From: Candidatus Saccharimonadales bacterium
GTDB lineage: Bacteria > Patescibacteriota > Saccharimonadia > Saccharimonadales > SZUA-47
Direction: 5' to 3'
DNA: 64,000 nt
Assembly (NCBI GenBank): GCA_038211855.1
Contig: JBBQVE010000006.1
Span: 2,146 to 66,145, forward strand
This document shows, piece after piece, positions 24,826 through 35,000 of this stretch. The translations under genes and the position numbers were made by a program. Numbering within the stretch: the first letter of the stretch is position 1; every line of letters begins with the position of its first letter. Under the pieces are notes generated by a model. The model was given only the letters and a program-made list of their open reading frames with translations. It did not search any database and was not told the origin of the DNA.

Positions 24826-25065
24826 ATGGATTCAATTGGTGACATGCTCAAGAACCGTCAGCTGCCTTCCGAACCGGAAGGCAGTCAATTGCTCAAGGCA
24901 TATGTCCTGAAGCACTACGACACGCCTGTGCAGGTTGTACTGAGTGACTATCACCTGACGCTCGTTGTGCCGAACGCCGCACTAGCTGGCACTTTGAGGA
25001 TGGAACTGCCGCGCATGATGGCCGAATGCAAAATCACCAAAAAACTGCACATCCGCATTAGCTAA
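24826..25065 (+). CDS. dciA: DUF721/DciA-like protein (putative replicative helicase operator)
   Basis: 79 aa from the ATG at 24826 (MDSIGDMLKN...LTLVVPNAALAGTLRMELPRMMAEC...LHIRI) resembles the DUF721 pattern. The track's longer ORF overlaps the hydrolase gene. Confidence 0.55.
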   Translation: MDSIGDMLKNRQLPSEPEGSQLLKAYVLKHYDTPVQVVLSDYHLTLVVPNAALAGTLRMELPRMMAECKITKKLHIRIS

Positions 25066-25636
25066 GTAGTGGTTCGAGTTCGCGTTTGAACTGCTCAAAA
25101 CTCTTGTAGAGGATTGACTTCATTCCGGCCGCTTCGGCGCCAACGCAGAACTTCTTGCGGTCGTCGGTAAATACGCACTCGTTCGGTTCGATGCCCAAAT
25201 GCTCGGCTGACATTTCGAAGATCTCGCGGTCCGGTTTCGTAAAGCCGACTTCGCTGCTCAGCACCAAATCATTGAAGTAATCTGCAATATTTAGGTGCGA
25301 AAACATGCGGTCAATAAAGCCCCGACCGATGTTCGAGAGCATGCCTGTTTTGAAGCCACGCTTCTTTAAGTCTGCGACGTAGGCGAGCAGTTCCGTATCA
25401 AGCTCACCGAGGTGATTCAACTCAACATCAAGCTGCTCACGAGTCAGATGGCAGGCTTCGGCGGTCTCGTCCCAAAACTCATTACGTGAGCTAAACCCGG
25501 TATCAACTCGCTTCACGATATCATGAAAATAATCCGGTCGCGTCTCTTCCCAATCTGGGACATGCTTGTTCACAATCGACCAGAACGTATCTGGGTAGAG
25601 CACACCAAAACAATCAAATATAACAGCTTTTATCAC
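25058..25636 (-). CDS. HAD-superfamily hydrolase
   Basis: Motif I AVIFDCFGVLY, with later SN and DD motifs (GMLSNIG, VFTDDRKKF). Confidence 0.85.
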   Translation of the reverse strand: MIKAVIFDCFGVLYPDTFWSIVNKHVPDWEETRPDYFHDIVKRVDTGFSSRNEFWDETAEACHLTREQLDVELNHLGELDTELLAYVADLKKRGFKTGMLSNIGRGFIDRMFSHLNIADYFNDLVLSSEVGFTKPDREIFEMSAEHLGIEPNECVFTDDRKKFCVGAEAAGMKSILYKSFEQFKRELEPLLS

Positions 25637-25666
25637 TCTGCTTATTCTAGCACTGCGGCATGCTCG

Positions 25667-26266
25667 TTAGGACGAAAGTGATAAGGTTCGCGTCAGTTTT
25701 TCAAAGTCAGGAATCTGCTTCTGCATTAAGGCACGCACCGATGGACCAGAGCCAGCGAAGGTACCGATACTTACGTCACAAGAAGTGTTCCAACTACGTA
25801 GGACATCGCTACCGCGATCAACCAGCTCGTAGATGTGGCGGTCGCCCGTTGCACAGTAGCCTACTTCGTCGTTGCCGTAGGTCGTGTTTTTGGATGTAAA
25901 GTTCGCCAGCTTTAAGGCTTTGAGCAAGTTGATATACGCCGTGCTGTCATTGCTCAACTGCACTTCGTTCACAAGCGTTTTGTTGTAGCCGCTAAAAATC
26001 TTCAAGTCGCGGTAGTTCTGACCAACTTCAATCTGATATGAAACGTGTTGTTCGTTAGCAATGATGGGACCATCAACAGCAATACGAATATAGCTACTTG
26101 AAGTGTTGTACTCGGCAAGATCAGTCTTTTTAACAGTGGTTGTTTTGGGTGTTGAGCCGCCAATCAGATGGTGCGCAATCGAGGTGATACCCCAGATAGA
26201 AAGCACCAAAAGCAGGATGCCTCCGAGGGCTAGTAGTGCGAAACGTAGGCGTGAACCATACTCCAT
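25667..26266 (-). CDS. Membrane-anchored extracytoplasmic protein, hypothetical
   Basis: N-terminal signal-anchor (LRFALLALGGILLLVLSIWGI) followed by a ~160-aa domain with two Cys. Confidence 0.6.
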   Translation of the reverse strand: MEYGSRLRFALLALGGILLLVLSIWGITSIAHHLIGGSTPKTTTVKKTDLAEYNTSSSYIRIAVDGPIIANEQHVSYQIEVGQNYRDLKIFSGYNKTLVNEVQLSNDSTAYINLLKALKLANFTSKNTTYGNDEVGYCATGDRHIYELVDRGSDVLRSWNTSCDVSIGTFAGSGPSVRALMQKQIPDFEKLTRTLSLSS

Positions 26267-26345
26267 AATGTGCCTATTATAGCACCAAACTGCTTATGAT
26301 GCAAGTATATTAATGTGTCGCGTTCTGGGGTGCTATTATAGTTTC

Positions 26346-26963
26346 ATGCAAGGACTTACACCTGATGAACTAACCACCATTACTACCTACAATAAACACG
26401 CCGAAGCATGGGTCACATTTCATGATGATGAGGACTTTTATAAAGAAGAATATGTGAAACTCGTTTCCCTCTTAAAGGGTGGCACCATGCTCGAAATCGG
26501 CTGTGGCGCCGGTCGCGATGCGGTAAAACTTACTAATTTAGGATATACGTACACCGGCACGGATGTGGCCGAAAAGCTGATTGAAGCTGCACAAAATAGA
26601 CTTCCTGACGGGAAATTCGTACTCACAGATATCTACTCAATGGACTTCGACATAAAATTCGATGGCATCTGGTGCGCCGCTGTTATGTTACACATCCCAA
26701 GGTCTAGGCTCGCGGAAGCACTGTCAGCGATGAATGCACAACTTAGAAATGGAGGCATTGGTTTTATCTCAACAAAACAGGGCGATTCAGATAAACTTGA
26801 ACCTTTGTCATATGATACGTCGAATAAGCGCCTACAAGTGCATTATTCGAAGGAAGAGTTTGATACAGCTCTCAAAGAAGCTGGTTTTAAGGTGGTTGAT
26901 TATAGTTTCAGACCTTTGAGTGAACGAGCCAAATGGATGTGTTATTTCATCCAAAAAATCTAA
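26346..26963 (+). CDS. Class I SAM-dependent methyltransferase
   Basis: Motif I MLEIGCGAGRDA, post-I TGTDVAEKLIE. I place the start at ATG 26346 (MQGLTPDEL). Confidence 0.85.
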   Translation: MQGLTPDELTTITTYNKHAEAWVTFHDDEDFYKEEYVKLVSLLKGGTMLEIGCGAGRDAVKLTNLGYTYTGTDVAEKLIEAAQNRLPDGKFVLTDIYSMDFDIKFDGIWCAAVMLHIPRSRLAEALSAMNAQLRNGGIGFISTKQGDSDKLEPLSYDTSNKRLQVHYSKEEFDTALKEAGFKVVDYSFRPLSERAKWMCYFIQKI

Positions 26964-27785
26964 TTAAGGGACATAGGTGGGATCCCAACAGGTGCGCATA
27001 CCTTTATCGAGGCCGCGGATTTTGGTCATATCGTCAGCGTCGAGTTTGAAGTCAAAAATATCGAAATTTTCTTTAATACGCTTCGGGGTGACAGATTTCG
27101 GCAGAGGGATAGTGCCAACCTCTATACACCAGCGCAGCATAATCTGTGCCGACGACTTATTGTGCTTCTTGGCGATCTCGGCTAAGACTGGGTCATCCAG
27201 TCCTTTGCCATGGGCCAGTGGTGAATAGGCCTCCACGACGATCCCCTGTTTGGCGCAGTATTCCACCAACTCTGGTTGCTGCAGAAAAACGTGCAACTCT
27301 ACTTGATTCACCGCCGGCTTTACCTTGCAATCAGCCAGTAGTATTTGGAGGTGCCGCACGGTGTAATTACTGACGCCAATAGATTTTGCTGCTCCGCGGG
27401 CATATATGTCTTCTAGGTCACGCCAAGCGCGAGCACGCAGGCCGGTCACCGGAAAATGCAGCAATAACAGATCAACATAATCAGTTTGTAACTTATGGAG
27501 CGACTCCTCAAAGCTCTTTTTGGTCTTACGGGCGGTAAAATTAAAAACCGATATCTTGGTCGTAATGAAGACGTCTTCGCGCTTGAGGTCAGTCTTCTTG
27601 AATGCTTCTGCAACTTGAGCTTCATTGCCATATATTTGTGCACCGTCGAAGTGACGATAACCCACTTTGGCTGCTTCGGTCACCGTAAGCTCGATTTCCG
27701 TGGGATGTTTGACTTGCCACAGACCGAAGCCGATTTGTGGAATATGCTGGCCGCTCGAAAGCAGGCTATTGGGAATTTTAGTCAT
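26964..27785 (-). CDS. Aldo/keto reductase
   Basis: AKR tetrad context (HFDGAQIYGNE, TTKI, LLLHFP) and overall 2,5-diketo-D-gluconate-reductase-like length (273 aa). Confidence 0.9.
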   Translation of the reverse strand: MTKIPNSLLSSGQHIPQIGFGLWQVKHPTEIELTVTEAAKVGYRHFDGAQIYGNEAQVAEAFKKTDLKREDVFITTKISVFNFTARKTKKSFEESLHKLQTDYVDLLLLHFPVTGLRARAWRDLEDIYARGAAKSIGVSNYTVRHLQILLADCKVKPAVNQVELHVFLQQPELVEYCAKQGIVVEAYSPLAHGKGLDDPVLAEIAKKHNKSSAQIMLRWCIEVGTIPLPKSVTPKRIKENFDIFDFKLDADDMTKIRGLDKGMRTCWDPTYVP

Positions 27786-27846
27786 AGTTTCAGTATAGAC
27801 TAACGGCGTATACTAAAAATATAAGCGTGTTTAACGAGGAGAAATT

Positions 27847-28248
27847 ATGAAAAAAGGTATATCACTTGCTGTCATCGTCATTGTTGTCGCCATCGCAATA
27901 GGGCTCACGCTCGGACACAAGAAGACTATAACGGAGCCAGCGACTCCTTCACCGGCGACGTCCGCTTCCAAACCATCTGTTGCGACTTCGGAGACTGCCG
28001 TCAGTATCAAGGACTTCGCATTCAGCCCGCAATCTGTCTCCGTCAAGAAAGGCACAGCCGTCACCTGGACCAACAATGACTCAGCTGCACATACCGTCAC
28101 GTTTGATGATACTGCCCTTTCGAGCGCAAGCAGCGGCAATCTTGCCAAAGGAGCTACGTTCAGCCACACCTTTGACACAGCTGGTACCTTCAAATACCAC
28201 TGCGCCTACCACGCCAATATGATTGCAACGGTTGTTGTTACAGATTAA
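27847..28248 (+). CDS. Membrane-anchored type-1 (blue) copper protein, cupredoxin fold
   Basis: N-terminal anchor. Cu ligands sit in the canonical order His (SAAHTVTF) ... Cys-x2-His-x2-Met (YHCAYHANM). Strong SD (AGGAG) upstream. Confidence 0.85.
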   Translation: MKKGISLAVIVIVVAIAIGLTLGHKKTITEPATPSPATSASKPSVATSETAVSIKDFAFSPQSVSVKKGTAVTWTNNDSAAHTVTFDDTALSSASSGNLAKGATFSHTFDTAGTFKYHCAYHANMIATVVVTD

Positions 28249-29178
28249 TCAGCGCTTGTTCGGAACAACTTTTGGCTTGCCTTTGCCCTCAGAGACAGCC
28301 TGAATCTTTTCAACCTGCTTACGGACGTGGCGTGCCAGATAGAGTGCAATCGCCAGCACCCAACAGATAATCGCAAAACTGAGGAAGTACACACTAAAGA
28401 GATGTTGAATCGACTGCACGACAGCGTCAATCAAAGTACCGATGCTCTTATCGGCACCAACCTTATCTTTGAGGGCTGGTAAGGCATGTGCAGGCACTGC
28501 AACAATCACCACCCACCACAGCGTCGACCACAAAGCTGCATGCAGGAATATTCGACCAAAGAGGTGCATTTTGTTACCTTTGTCGGCGACAAAATACTCT
28601 GCCGTTAACAACAGAACAAACAAGAGAGCTCCGAGGTATTTTGCGAGCTTAAAGAGCTTATAGTACTTCGGCAAAACAGTGAGCGTGCCGTTCTGATTAA
28701 GTTCGATTGGCTTACTGAAATTTTTATTAATGTCATCACCAGCAGCTACGCCACTTGCCTTGAGCTTGGTTGGGAAATCACTAATATCGAGGACTGGTTG
28801 CGGCTTGCCATCTTTCATGAAGGTTATGACCGAGGTAGTGATGGCCGAGAGTTTTGCGTTTACATACTCAGGCGTTACCACTGCGGCAATCTTCGCCTTC
28901 ATATCGGCATCATCTTTCTTCTGTTGCTCACTCTGCAGTTGGTTCTGTTGTTGGTTCTGCTGATCATTTTGCTTGCCAGAATTGCCACTGGTATCGCTGC
29001 CGAATGCCTTATCAGGAAGGATCGAAGCGATAGCCGATGGCACACCACCATCCTTCAATGCCTTATTGAGGTTTGTTGGATTCAACAACGAGGCGTCGAG
29101 TACCCAGATGAAGAAAGTTGCCAATAGCGAAAAAATTGCAAGCGTTACCAACAGATGCGACAGAAGTCTTCGGCTCAT
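28249..29178 (-). CDS. Polytopic membrane protein with Q/N-rich loop, hypothetical
   Basis: Several TM helices and a low-complexity loop SGKQNDQQNQQQNQLQSEQQKKDD. Start probably at ATG 29178 (MSRRLLSHLL). Confidence 0.65.
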   Translation of the reverse strand: MSRRLLSHLLVTLAIFSLLATFFIWVLDASLLNPTNLNKALKDGGVPSAIASILPDKAFGSDTSGNSGKQNDQQNQQQNQLQSEQQKKDDADMKAKIAAVVTPEYVNAKLSAITTSVITFMKDGKPQPVLDISDFPTKLKASGVAAGDDINKNFSKPIELNQNGTLTVLPKYYKLFKLAKYLGALLFVLLLTAEYFVADKGNKMHLFGRIFLHAALWSTLWWVVIVAVPAHALPALKDKVGADKSIGTLIDAVVQSIQHLFSVYFLSFAIICWVLAIALYLARHVRKQVEKIQAVSEGKGKPKVVPNKR

Positions 29179-29248
29179 GGCGAGAATCCTTTGTTTAAAC
29201 TTAAGCGTATTGTACACCAAATTTAATAGGGGCTATACTCAGAGGACT

Positions 29249-29527
29249 ATGATTGCTTACGAAAAACTGCCCAAAGGCACCAAAAAGCAGACTCAAAACC
29301 TCGTAGTTTTGGTCGGCATTTTTCTTGGTTTTTCATTTGTGACCGAGGGATTGATGGCACTTTATGGATCGGCTGGGCACTCGCGTGTTTGGCTGCAATT
29401 CCACTTAGTGGCTTTGTCCCTTATCTCTTCCTGCAGACCAAACCCGCAAGAAAACTACACTCTCGATAGTGCGAAAGCGGCAATTAGTGCACTCACCAGT
29501 GACAGAAAGATGAACGGCATCTCGTAA
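29249..29527 (+). CDS. Possible small membrane protein
   Basis: The ATG at 29249 lies 9 nt after TATACT (29234-29239), with TGTACA at -35. One clear TM (LVVLVGIFLGFSFV). The 3' 73 nt overlap the convergent gene, so the true end is uncertain. Confidence 0.35.
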   Translation: MIAYEKLPKGTKKQTQNLVVLVGIFLGFSFVTEGLMALYGSAGHSRVWLQFHLVALSLISSCRPNPQENYTLDSAKAAISALTSDRKMNGIS

Positions 29528-30015
29528 AAAATAAAGCGACGCGAGTGCAGTGTTCCCAGAATCGCAAAGACACCAAGCAAGATACAAATCACATACTCAT
29601 CCGTGGCAGCAGCCAACGGTAACAGGCGCACAAGTAAAATAGATGACGTAAGGAAGCCGGCCGCAACAAGCCTACCAAATACTGAGTGAAGCAGTGATTC
29701 AAGACCAGTCCCAGTTGGAATAAGCGCCGCTAAGAGCGTAAATAGATAAATACTAAGCCAGAGTAGCGATAAACCGACATGTTCACTCGTCTGAAGCGCC
29801 ACACTTCCTATAAAACCAAAGGTGATGAATGCGCCATCCACAAACATCATGCGTCTGAATTGCCCGAGTACTACTGGATTCTTTACGACCACATCGCTTA
29901 ACGTTCTGTGGTTGGCATGTTCGTATTCGCGCCACATCAGTAAGCTCACTTGCACCACTATCAATAAAACACCAACGCAGAGACTCACCAGCCCAACAAG
30001 GCGCAAGATGGTCAT
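29455..30015 (-). CDS. Polytopic membrane protein, hypothetical
   Basis: 186 aa with ~5 hydrophobic helices. The start overlaps the upstream stop by 4 nt (ATGA). Confidence 0.6.
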   Translation of the reverse strand: MTILRLVGLVSLCVGVLLIVVQVSLLMWREYEHANHRTLSDVVVKNPVVLGQFRRMMFVDGAFITFGFIGSVALQTSEHVGLSLLWLSIYLFTLLAALIPTGTGLESLLHSVFGRLVAAGFLTSSILLVRLLPLAAATDEYVICILLGVFAILGTLHSRRFIFYEMPFIFLSLVSALIAAFALSRV

Positions 30016-30590
30016 TTTTTGTGCTTAGTGGGCAGTTCTGCCGAGAATTTGGCACTGACAATGAGGCTGTTCATTAATATCACATACAAAGGATACACCG
30101 CCAAGATGAAATCCGCCTTTGCAATTGCTAAGAGGCTAAAGACACCTGCAATCGCCGCCATCACCCACTGCGGATAGCTCTCGGTGTCTGGGTGCTTGTA
30201 GGCTTTTACTACTGTTGGAACCGCCGCCACCGCATCGATACAGAGAGCTAAAATGGTAGATGTGTGGGTGTCGTGCACCATCAGCCAGTAGACGAATAAC
30301 AGCGCTGCTGCTGCCACTATCGCCTTATCTAAACGGCTCATACCGCCTCTGCCATTACGGATAGAAAGTACGAATGTAAGTGTTACTAGAATCGCCGTGC
30401 TGCCAAAAAACCAGGCCGACCAGCCGCCGCCGTTCAGTACCTGATTGGCAAAGACGATGGTCGTGAGAATCGTCCAGATCCCCCAAGTCACTCGGTGGGG
30501 TTTTACTTTGTGGGCGGCAATATCTTTGATATATGGAATATACCCAAAAAGATTAATCAAAACTGCCAGGATACCAAACACTGCTTTCAT
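30012..30590 (-). CDS. Polytopic membrane protein, hypothetical
   Basis: 192 aa with ~6 TM helices. No motif I can name. Confidence 0.65.
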   Translation of the reverse strand: MKAVFGILAVLINLFGYIPYIKDIAAHKVKPHRVTWGIWTILTTIVFANQVLNGGGWSAWFFGSTAILVTLTFVLSIRNGRGGMSRLDKAIVAAAALLFVYWLMVHDTHTSTILALCIDAVAAVPTVVKAYKHPDTESYPQWVMAAIAGVFSLLAIAKADFILAVYPLYVILMNSLIVSAKFSAELPTKHKK

Positions 30591-30691
30591 ATATTCGAAT
30601 TATACCAATCAAAGATGCTTATGCGGACAGATGATTCTAAATATGTTTGGCTGAGAGTGGGATAATGAGTGCATAACCAAGGAGATTTATA

Positions 30692-31108
30692 ATGGCAATC
30701 CAAGTGTTTCCCTACATGCATTTTATTGACAACGCGGGCGAGGCGATCGAGTTTTATAGAAGTGTTTTTGGCGCAGATGTCGACGTTCACAAGTTCGGCG
30801 AGTACGGTACCCCGGAAAACGATCCATCAAAAGAGCTTATCATGCACTGCGAGCTGAACTTTGCTGGGGCCAAATTCTTTATCAGCGACAGTCTGCCGAT
30901 GGGTGGCGTGAAGCAAGGTGGTGAGAATATTGAGCTATCAATCAACGGTGGTAAAGACGATGAAGAAGTGCTCACGGGCTACTTCAATGGTCTCGCTGAA
31001 GGTGGCAATGTGAAGGATTCGCTCAGTACCAAGCCCTGGGGAGCAACCTTCGGTATGCTGACCGACAAATACGGCATTAACTGGATGGTGAACATCGAGC
31101 AAGCTTAG
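30692..31108 (+). CDS. VOC-superfamily protein, PhnB/glyoxalase-like
   Basis: 138 aa. The N-terminus VFPYMHFIDNAGEAIEFYRSVFGA and the C-terminal KYGINWMVN are typical of PhnB-like proteins. AAGGAG SD upstream. Confidence 0.85.
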   Translation: MAIQVFPYMHFIDNAGEAIEFYRSVFGADVDVHKFGEYGTPENDPSKELIMHCELNFAGAKFFISDSLPMGGVKQGGENIELSINGGKDDEEVLTGYFNGLAEGGNVKDSLSTKPWGATFGMLTDKYGINWMVNIEQA

Positions 31109-31112
31109 TACT

Positions 31113-31655
31113 TTATCTCAAATACGTTGCAGCCAAAATCGTCAAATGGAAGACTGCAATATAGCTCGCCTGGAAATAGAGCATCTTTGGATGCCGGCGT
31201 TTGTATTTCGTTAAGAGGTAGACACCATACAACATATAGAGCACTACAACTGTTCCGAATATGCGAGCCGGTGTTGAAACGCTTTTTGAGAGCACAATCA
31301 ACAGTGTAATCGGCAAGAAACAATACGACATCGTAAAAGCTGCGTAGCGATGAATCACAATCTTCCTGCCTGTCGTTTCAGGCGTGACTGCCGCCACTAA
31401 CATACAGCCGCTACAGATCGTTACAAGCAGTTTAAAAAGCAAACCCATTTTGAAATGCGGCGCAAACCAGTCAATCATAAAGAGATAAAACAGCGGCAAA
31501 GTCACAAGGAATAGCAGGAGGTAATACATCTGAGCCGCCTTATTCTGCGCAGCGTGTTGGCTGAACGACATGCTCGTGTTCCCCGGCCAAGCCTTGATGA
31601 GAAAGATAAGCCCCAGCCATGTGAGTGAAATAGAAATGATACCGAGGTTCTTCAC
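31113..31655 (-). CDS. Polytopic membrane protein, hypothetical (last gene of polA operon)
   Basis: 180 aa with ~5-6 TM helices. The GTG start overlaps the Nudix stop by 1 nt. Confidence 0.65.
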   Translation of the reverse strand: MKNLGIISISLTWLGLIFLIKAWPGNTSMSFSQHAAQNKAAQMYYLLLFLVTLPLFYLFMIDWFAPHFKMGLLFKLLVTICSGCMLVAAVTPETTGRKIVIHRYAAFTMSYCFLPITLLIVLSKSVSTPARIFGTVVVLYMLYGVYLLTKYKRRHPKMLYFQASYIAVFHLTILAATYLR

Positions 31656-32062
31656 TAGTCAATAAGTCCCTGCTCTTTTAGTTTTGGCATGACTTCGTGT
31701 TCAAAGATCGAGCCAATCATAAGACCATCGTCGTTAACTGAAGTAATCCACTTTAAGGCTTCAATTTCGCTGCTTGCAACTGGTTCACCTGCATATTTAT
31801 CAACCATAAAAACATCCATTTTGAGTGTCTTACCTGGCTGGTCCATAGCTGCTGCCGTAAATGTACCGAAAGGCACGAAATCTTCTTCTGAACTGTCGAT
31901 GTCGAGCTCCTCTTTCAATTCGCGTTTCAAAGACTGTTTAGGAGTTTCATCGGCATAAATCTTCCCGCCCGGCGCGTAAAAAGAAGGTTTACCTTTTGAA
32001 CGACAAACTAAAAGTTTATTATCAAGGATAATTATTCCCGCGGCTTTATAGATATCAGTCAT
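31655..32062 (-). CDS. Nudix hydrolase
   Basis: Nudix box GGKIYADETPKQSLKRELKEELDI (Gx5Ex7REUxEExGU). The ATG overlaps the upstream stop (TAATG). Confidence 0.88.
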   Translation of the reverse strand: MTDIYKAAGIIILDNKLLVCRSKGKPSFYAPGGKIYADETPKQSLKRELKEELDIDSSEEDFVPFGTFTAAAMDQPGKTLKMDVFMVDKYAGEPVASSEIEALKWITSVNDDGLMIGSIFEHEVMPKLKEQGLID

Positions 32063-35000
32063 TACTGCTTTTCAATACTTCCGTTTGTTAGGCTTAACCG
32101 TACTGTATCACCAGTTTTGAGCAACTCTGTAGCATTATGAGTACCGACAATGCATGGTTTTTTGAGTTCACGCGCTACAATCGCGGCGTGGCATAAGATA
32201 CCACCCTGGTCGGTGATGATTGCTCTGGCCTGCACAATCAACGGGATATAATCAGGACTCGTCATCTTGCATACCAAGATCTCATCAGAACTTAGTTCGA
32301 TACCATGAGGCGAATCAACAATTCTTACTTTTCCAGTAACAGCTTCTTGTGGCGCCGAAGCAACACGTCCCTGTAATTGGCCAGCAATCGGCGAAGAAAT
32401 CGATAGTTTGAAATCTGCATAGAGTTTGGCCAAGGTGCGGCTATAATCAATAAACCAAGTACCAGTTTCTTTGCTATAGACTGTCTCGTAATAGCCTTTC
32501 ATATAATCGTGCGTAAACGTTGCATCAACTGCCGTTTTTAAAGTGGACTGTTTTTTGGCATCTTTCACCAGCACATAAGAAATCATCTCTTTGAGATATT
32601 TTAGTGCCGGTTTATTTGATGGCTCGATGTGCCAGTTCGTGAAATCAAATGTAAAGATTGATGGCATGTCGTTATCATAAAAACCTTGTGTCAGAACATT
32701 GTGTCCATCAGCAATTATTTCGCCAAAAACGCCGTAGTCATTAATGATGAAAATCGTCGACCATTCATTAACGTCCATATGCGGCACAAACTCGACTGTG
32801 TATTTTGTTGGATCAATCGTTTGCGTATCGTACCACAACATTACATCCTTGATTTTCTTGCCGCGGTTACGTAGGACCTCCAGGTGAATTCCTTTCTTTG
32901 GAATCAGTCGCAAGGCGCAAGCTTCTTCACCGTTCTCGGCAATGAACTTTTTTAATTCGTCGGTTCGACTGGTAAGTTCTGTGGCATCAAATGTGGTCGG
33001 CTTATCAAACGGGAATGGAATAATCTCGGCAATCAGCCCAAGACGTTCGCGTTTGTAGTTGTTTTCTACCCGCATCGCTTTCGTATCAGCATGGCCGACT
33101 TTCTCAAGCCATTCGGTGAATGGAATCTGCTTTTCGTAAAACTTCGAGAGCACATCGCCGGATTTCTGCTCTTTTTTGCTCTTGTTCACTAGTCCATTCA
33201 CCAGATCCAAAACGACTTTGTCGCCGGTTTTAAGGACTTTGGTGGCGTGTACCGTACCGACGATGCATGGTAAGTTGAATTCTCGTGCCACGATAGCTGC
33301 GTGACTCATCATACCGCCATGATCAGTTATTAGGGCGGCAGCTCTGCGCATAATTGGCACATAACTTGGACTTGTGCTCGGTACGACAACAATTTTGCCT
33401 TCTGGTATCTGCTCGATTGGGTCGTGTACAACTACGACTTCGCCGCTTAAAAAATGCAGGCCACCGCGCGAGCTCACGATTCCCTGCAATACACTTTCAG
33501 CGGCACGATAAGACACATACCAGTCCCATGCACGATCGACTTCGGCCTTCTTGAGGCTGATATTCTCACCTTTCAAGTAGGTCCAGCCATAGTATTCTTG
33601 CGGACTTTCATCTGTTAATTCATCGATTCGGCAGTTTTCGAGATGCAAGATTTCTTGGCCAGTTTTTTCGGCAATTGTTTGCACCATTTTCTGAATAACA
33701 CTGCGGCTTTGCATCATCCAGGCTTTGCGATCATCCATAAATTCGGCAATATTCCGTAGTAAATTGAGCTGTTTGATAATGGTAGGCTTAAGATTGAACA
33801 CTCTCGCTAAATGGGCACGATTTTCGGCTGAACCTACGATGACATCAGCCTTGCCACCCAAGTCTATAATGCGCTTCACATAATATTTTTCGAGACTCAC
33901 TTGCTTACCGACGCCTGCGTAGCTACTGAGAGACCACCAGTATTTTTTGGCCAACTTTTTGGGATCATTGAGATCGACTACATCTTCATCGATCTTGTTG
34001 ATGAATGTGGGACGATCAGGCTGACTGAAGCCACCTATTATTCGCCGCTGGTCATCTTTGGAATAGTTACTGAGCTGTTTGGTGATAGAGCTTTCCCCGC
34101 CGTACAGGGCGAGCTCGGCAATAAGTGTTGGTCGCCACGCAGCAGCGAGAAGATCTGATAGTGCCTTTGGTTCGTAGACTTTATCAAACTCGATTTTGGA
34201 TGCCGCACGTTTCCAGTCAGCAATGTCTTCTTGTAAGTCGCCGTGCTTTACATAGGCATCAAAGATTTCCTCGCTAAACTCGGCAAAAGCATCTGCTTTA
34301 TTGAGCCACAACGATTTATTTTCATGAAAAAGTAATAAGGTTTTAGGCGGATTTGGGTAGTCTTTACTTTCATACAAGTGCTTAAAGTTCACTTGTTCGG
34401 CTATCAAAAAATCACTCATGTAGAGTGGTCGGGCGCTTGCCGGGCCCCAATAAAAAAGTGTTTCCGGCTCACCAAGATAGTGGTGTCCTTCACCCGTTTG
34501 CTTGATGTTGAGCGCCGTAATCGGGCGAGATTGTGTAATCCATAAAATGCCAGATTTATCGATGGCCCACTCGATATCCTGCGGAACTCCGTCGTAAAAA
34601 GCTTCGATGCTCAAGCCGGCGCTTATGAGATCCTCAGTGTCGAATGGAGCTTGTTTCTTAGTGATCAACTTCTGGCTTTTACGGTCCCAGCTAATCTGCC
34701 CTGGCGTCACTTTGCCGCCTACTAACTGCTCACCAATACCCTTCACATACTCAACGACAATTTCGTTTTTACCACTCACCGGATTCTTCGTGAACAGAAC
34801 TCCTGCATATTCTGGATTAACCATTTCTTGTACGACGACGGCAACTTTAAAGTCTGTTCCCTTACCCACTTCGGCTGCATATGCCTCAGTACGCCTGTTT
34901 GAGGTCGCGTGGCATTCTTCAGTCTTTGTGATGACATCTTTTGGTGCCACATATAGGAAAGTTTCGAACTGTCCCGCCCATGATTTATCCCCAGCATCCT

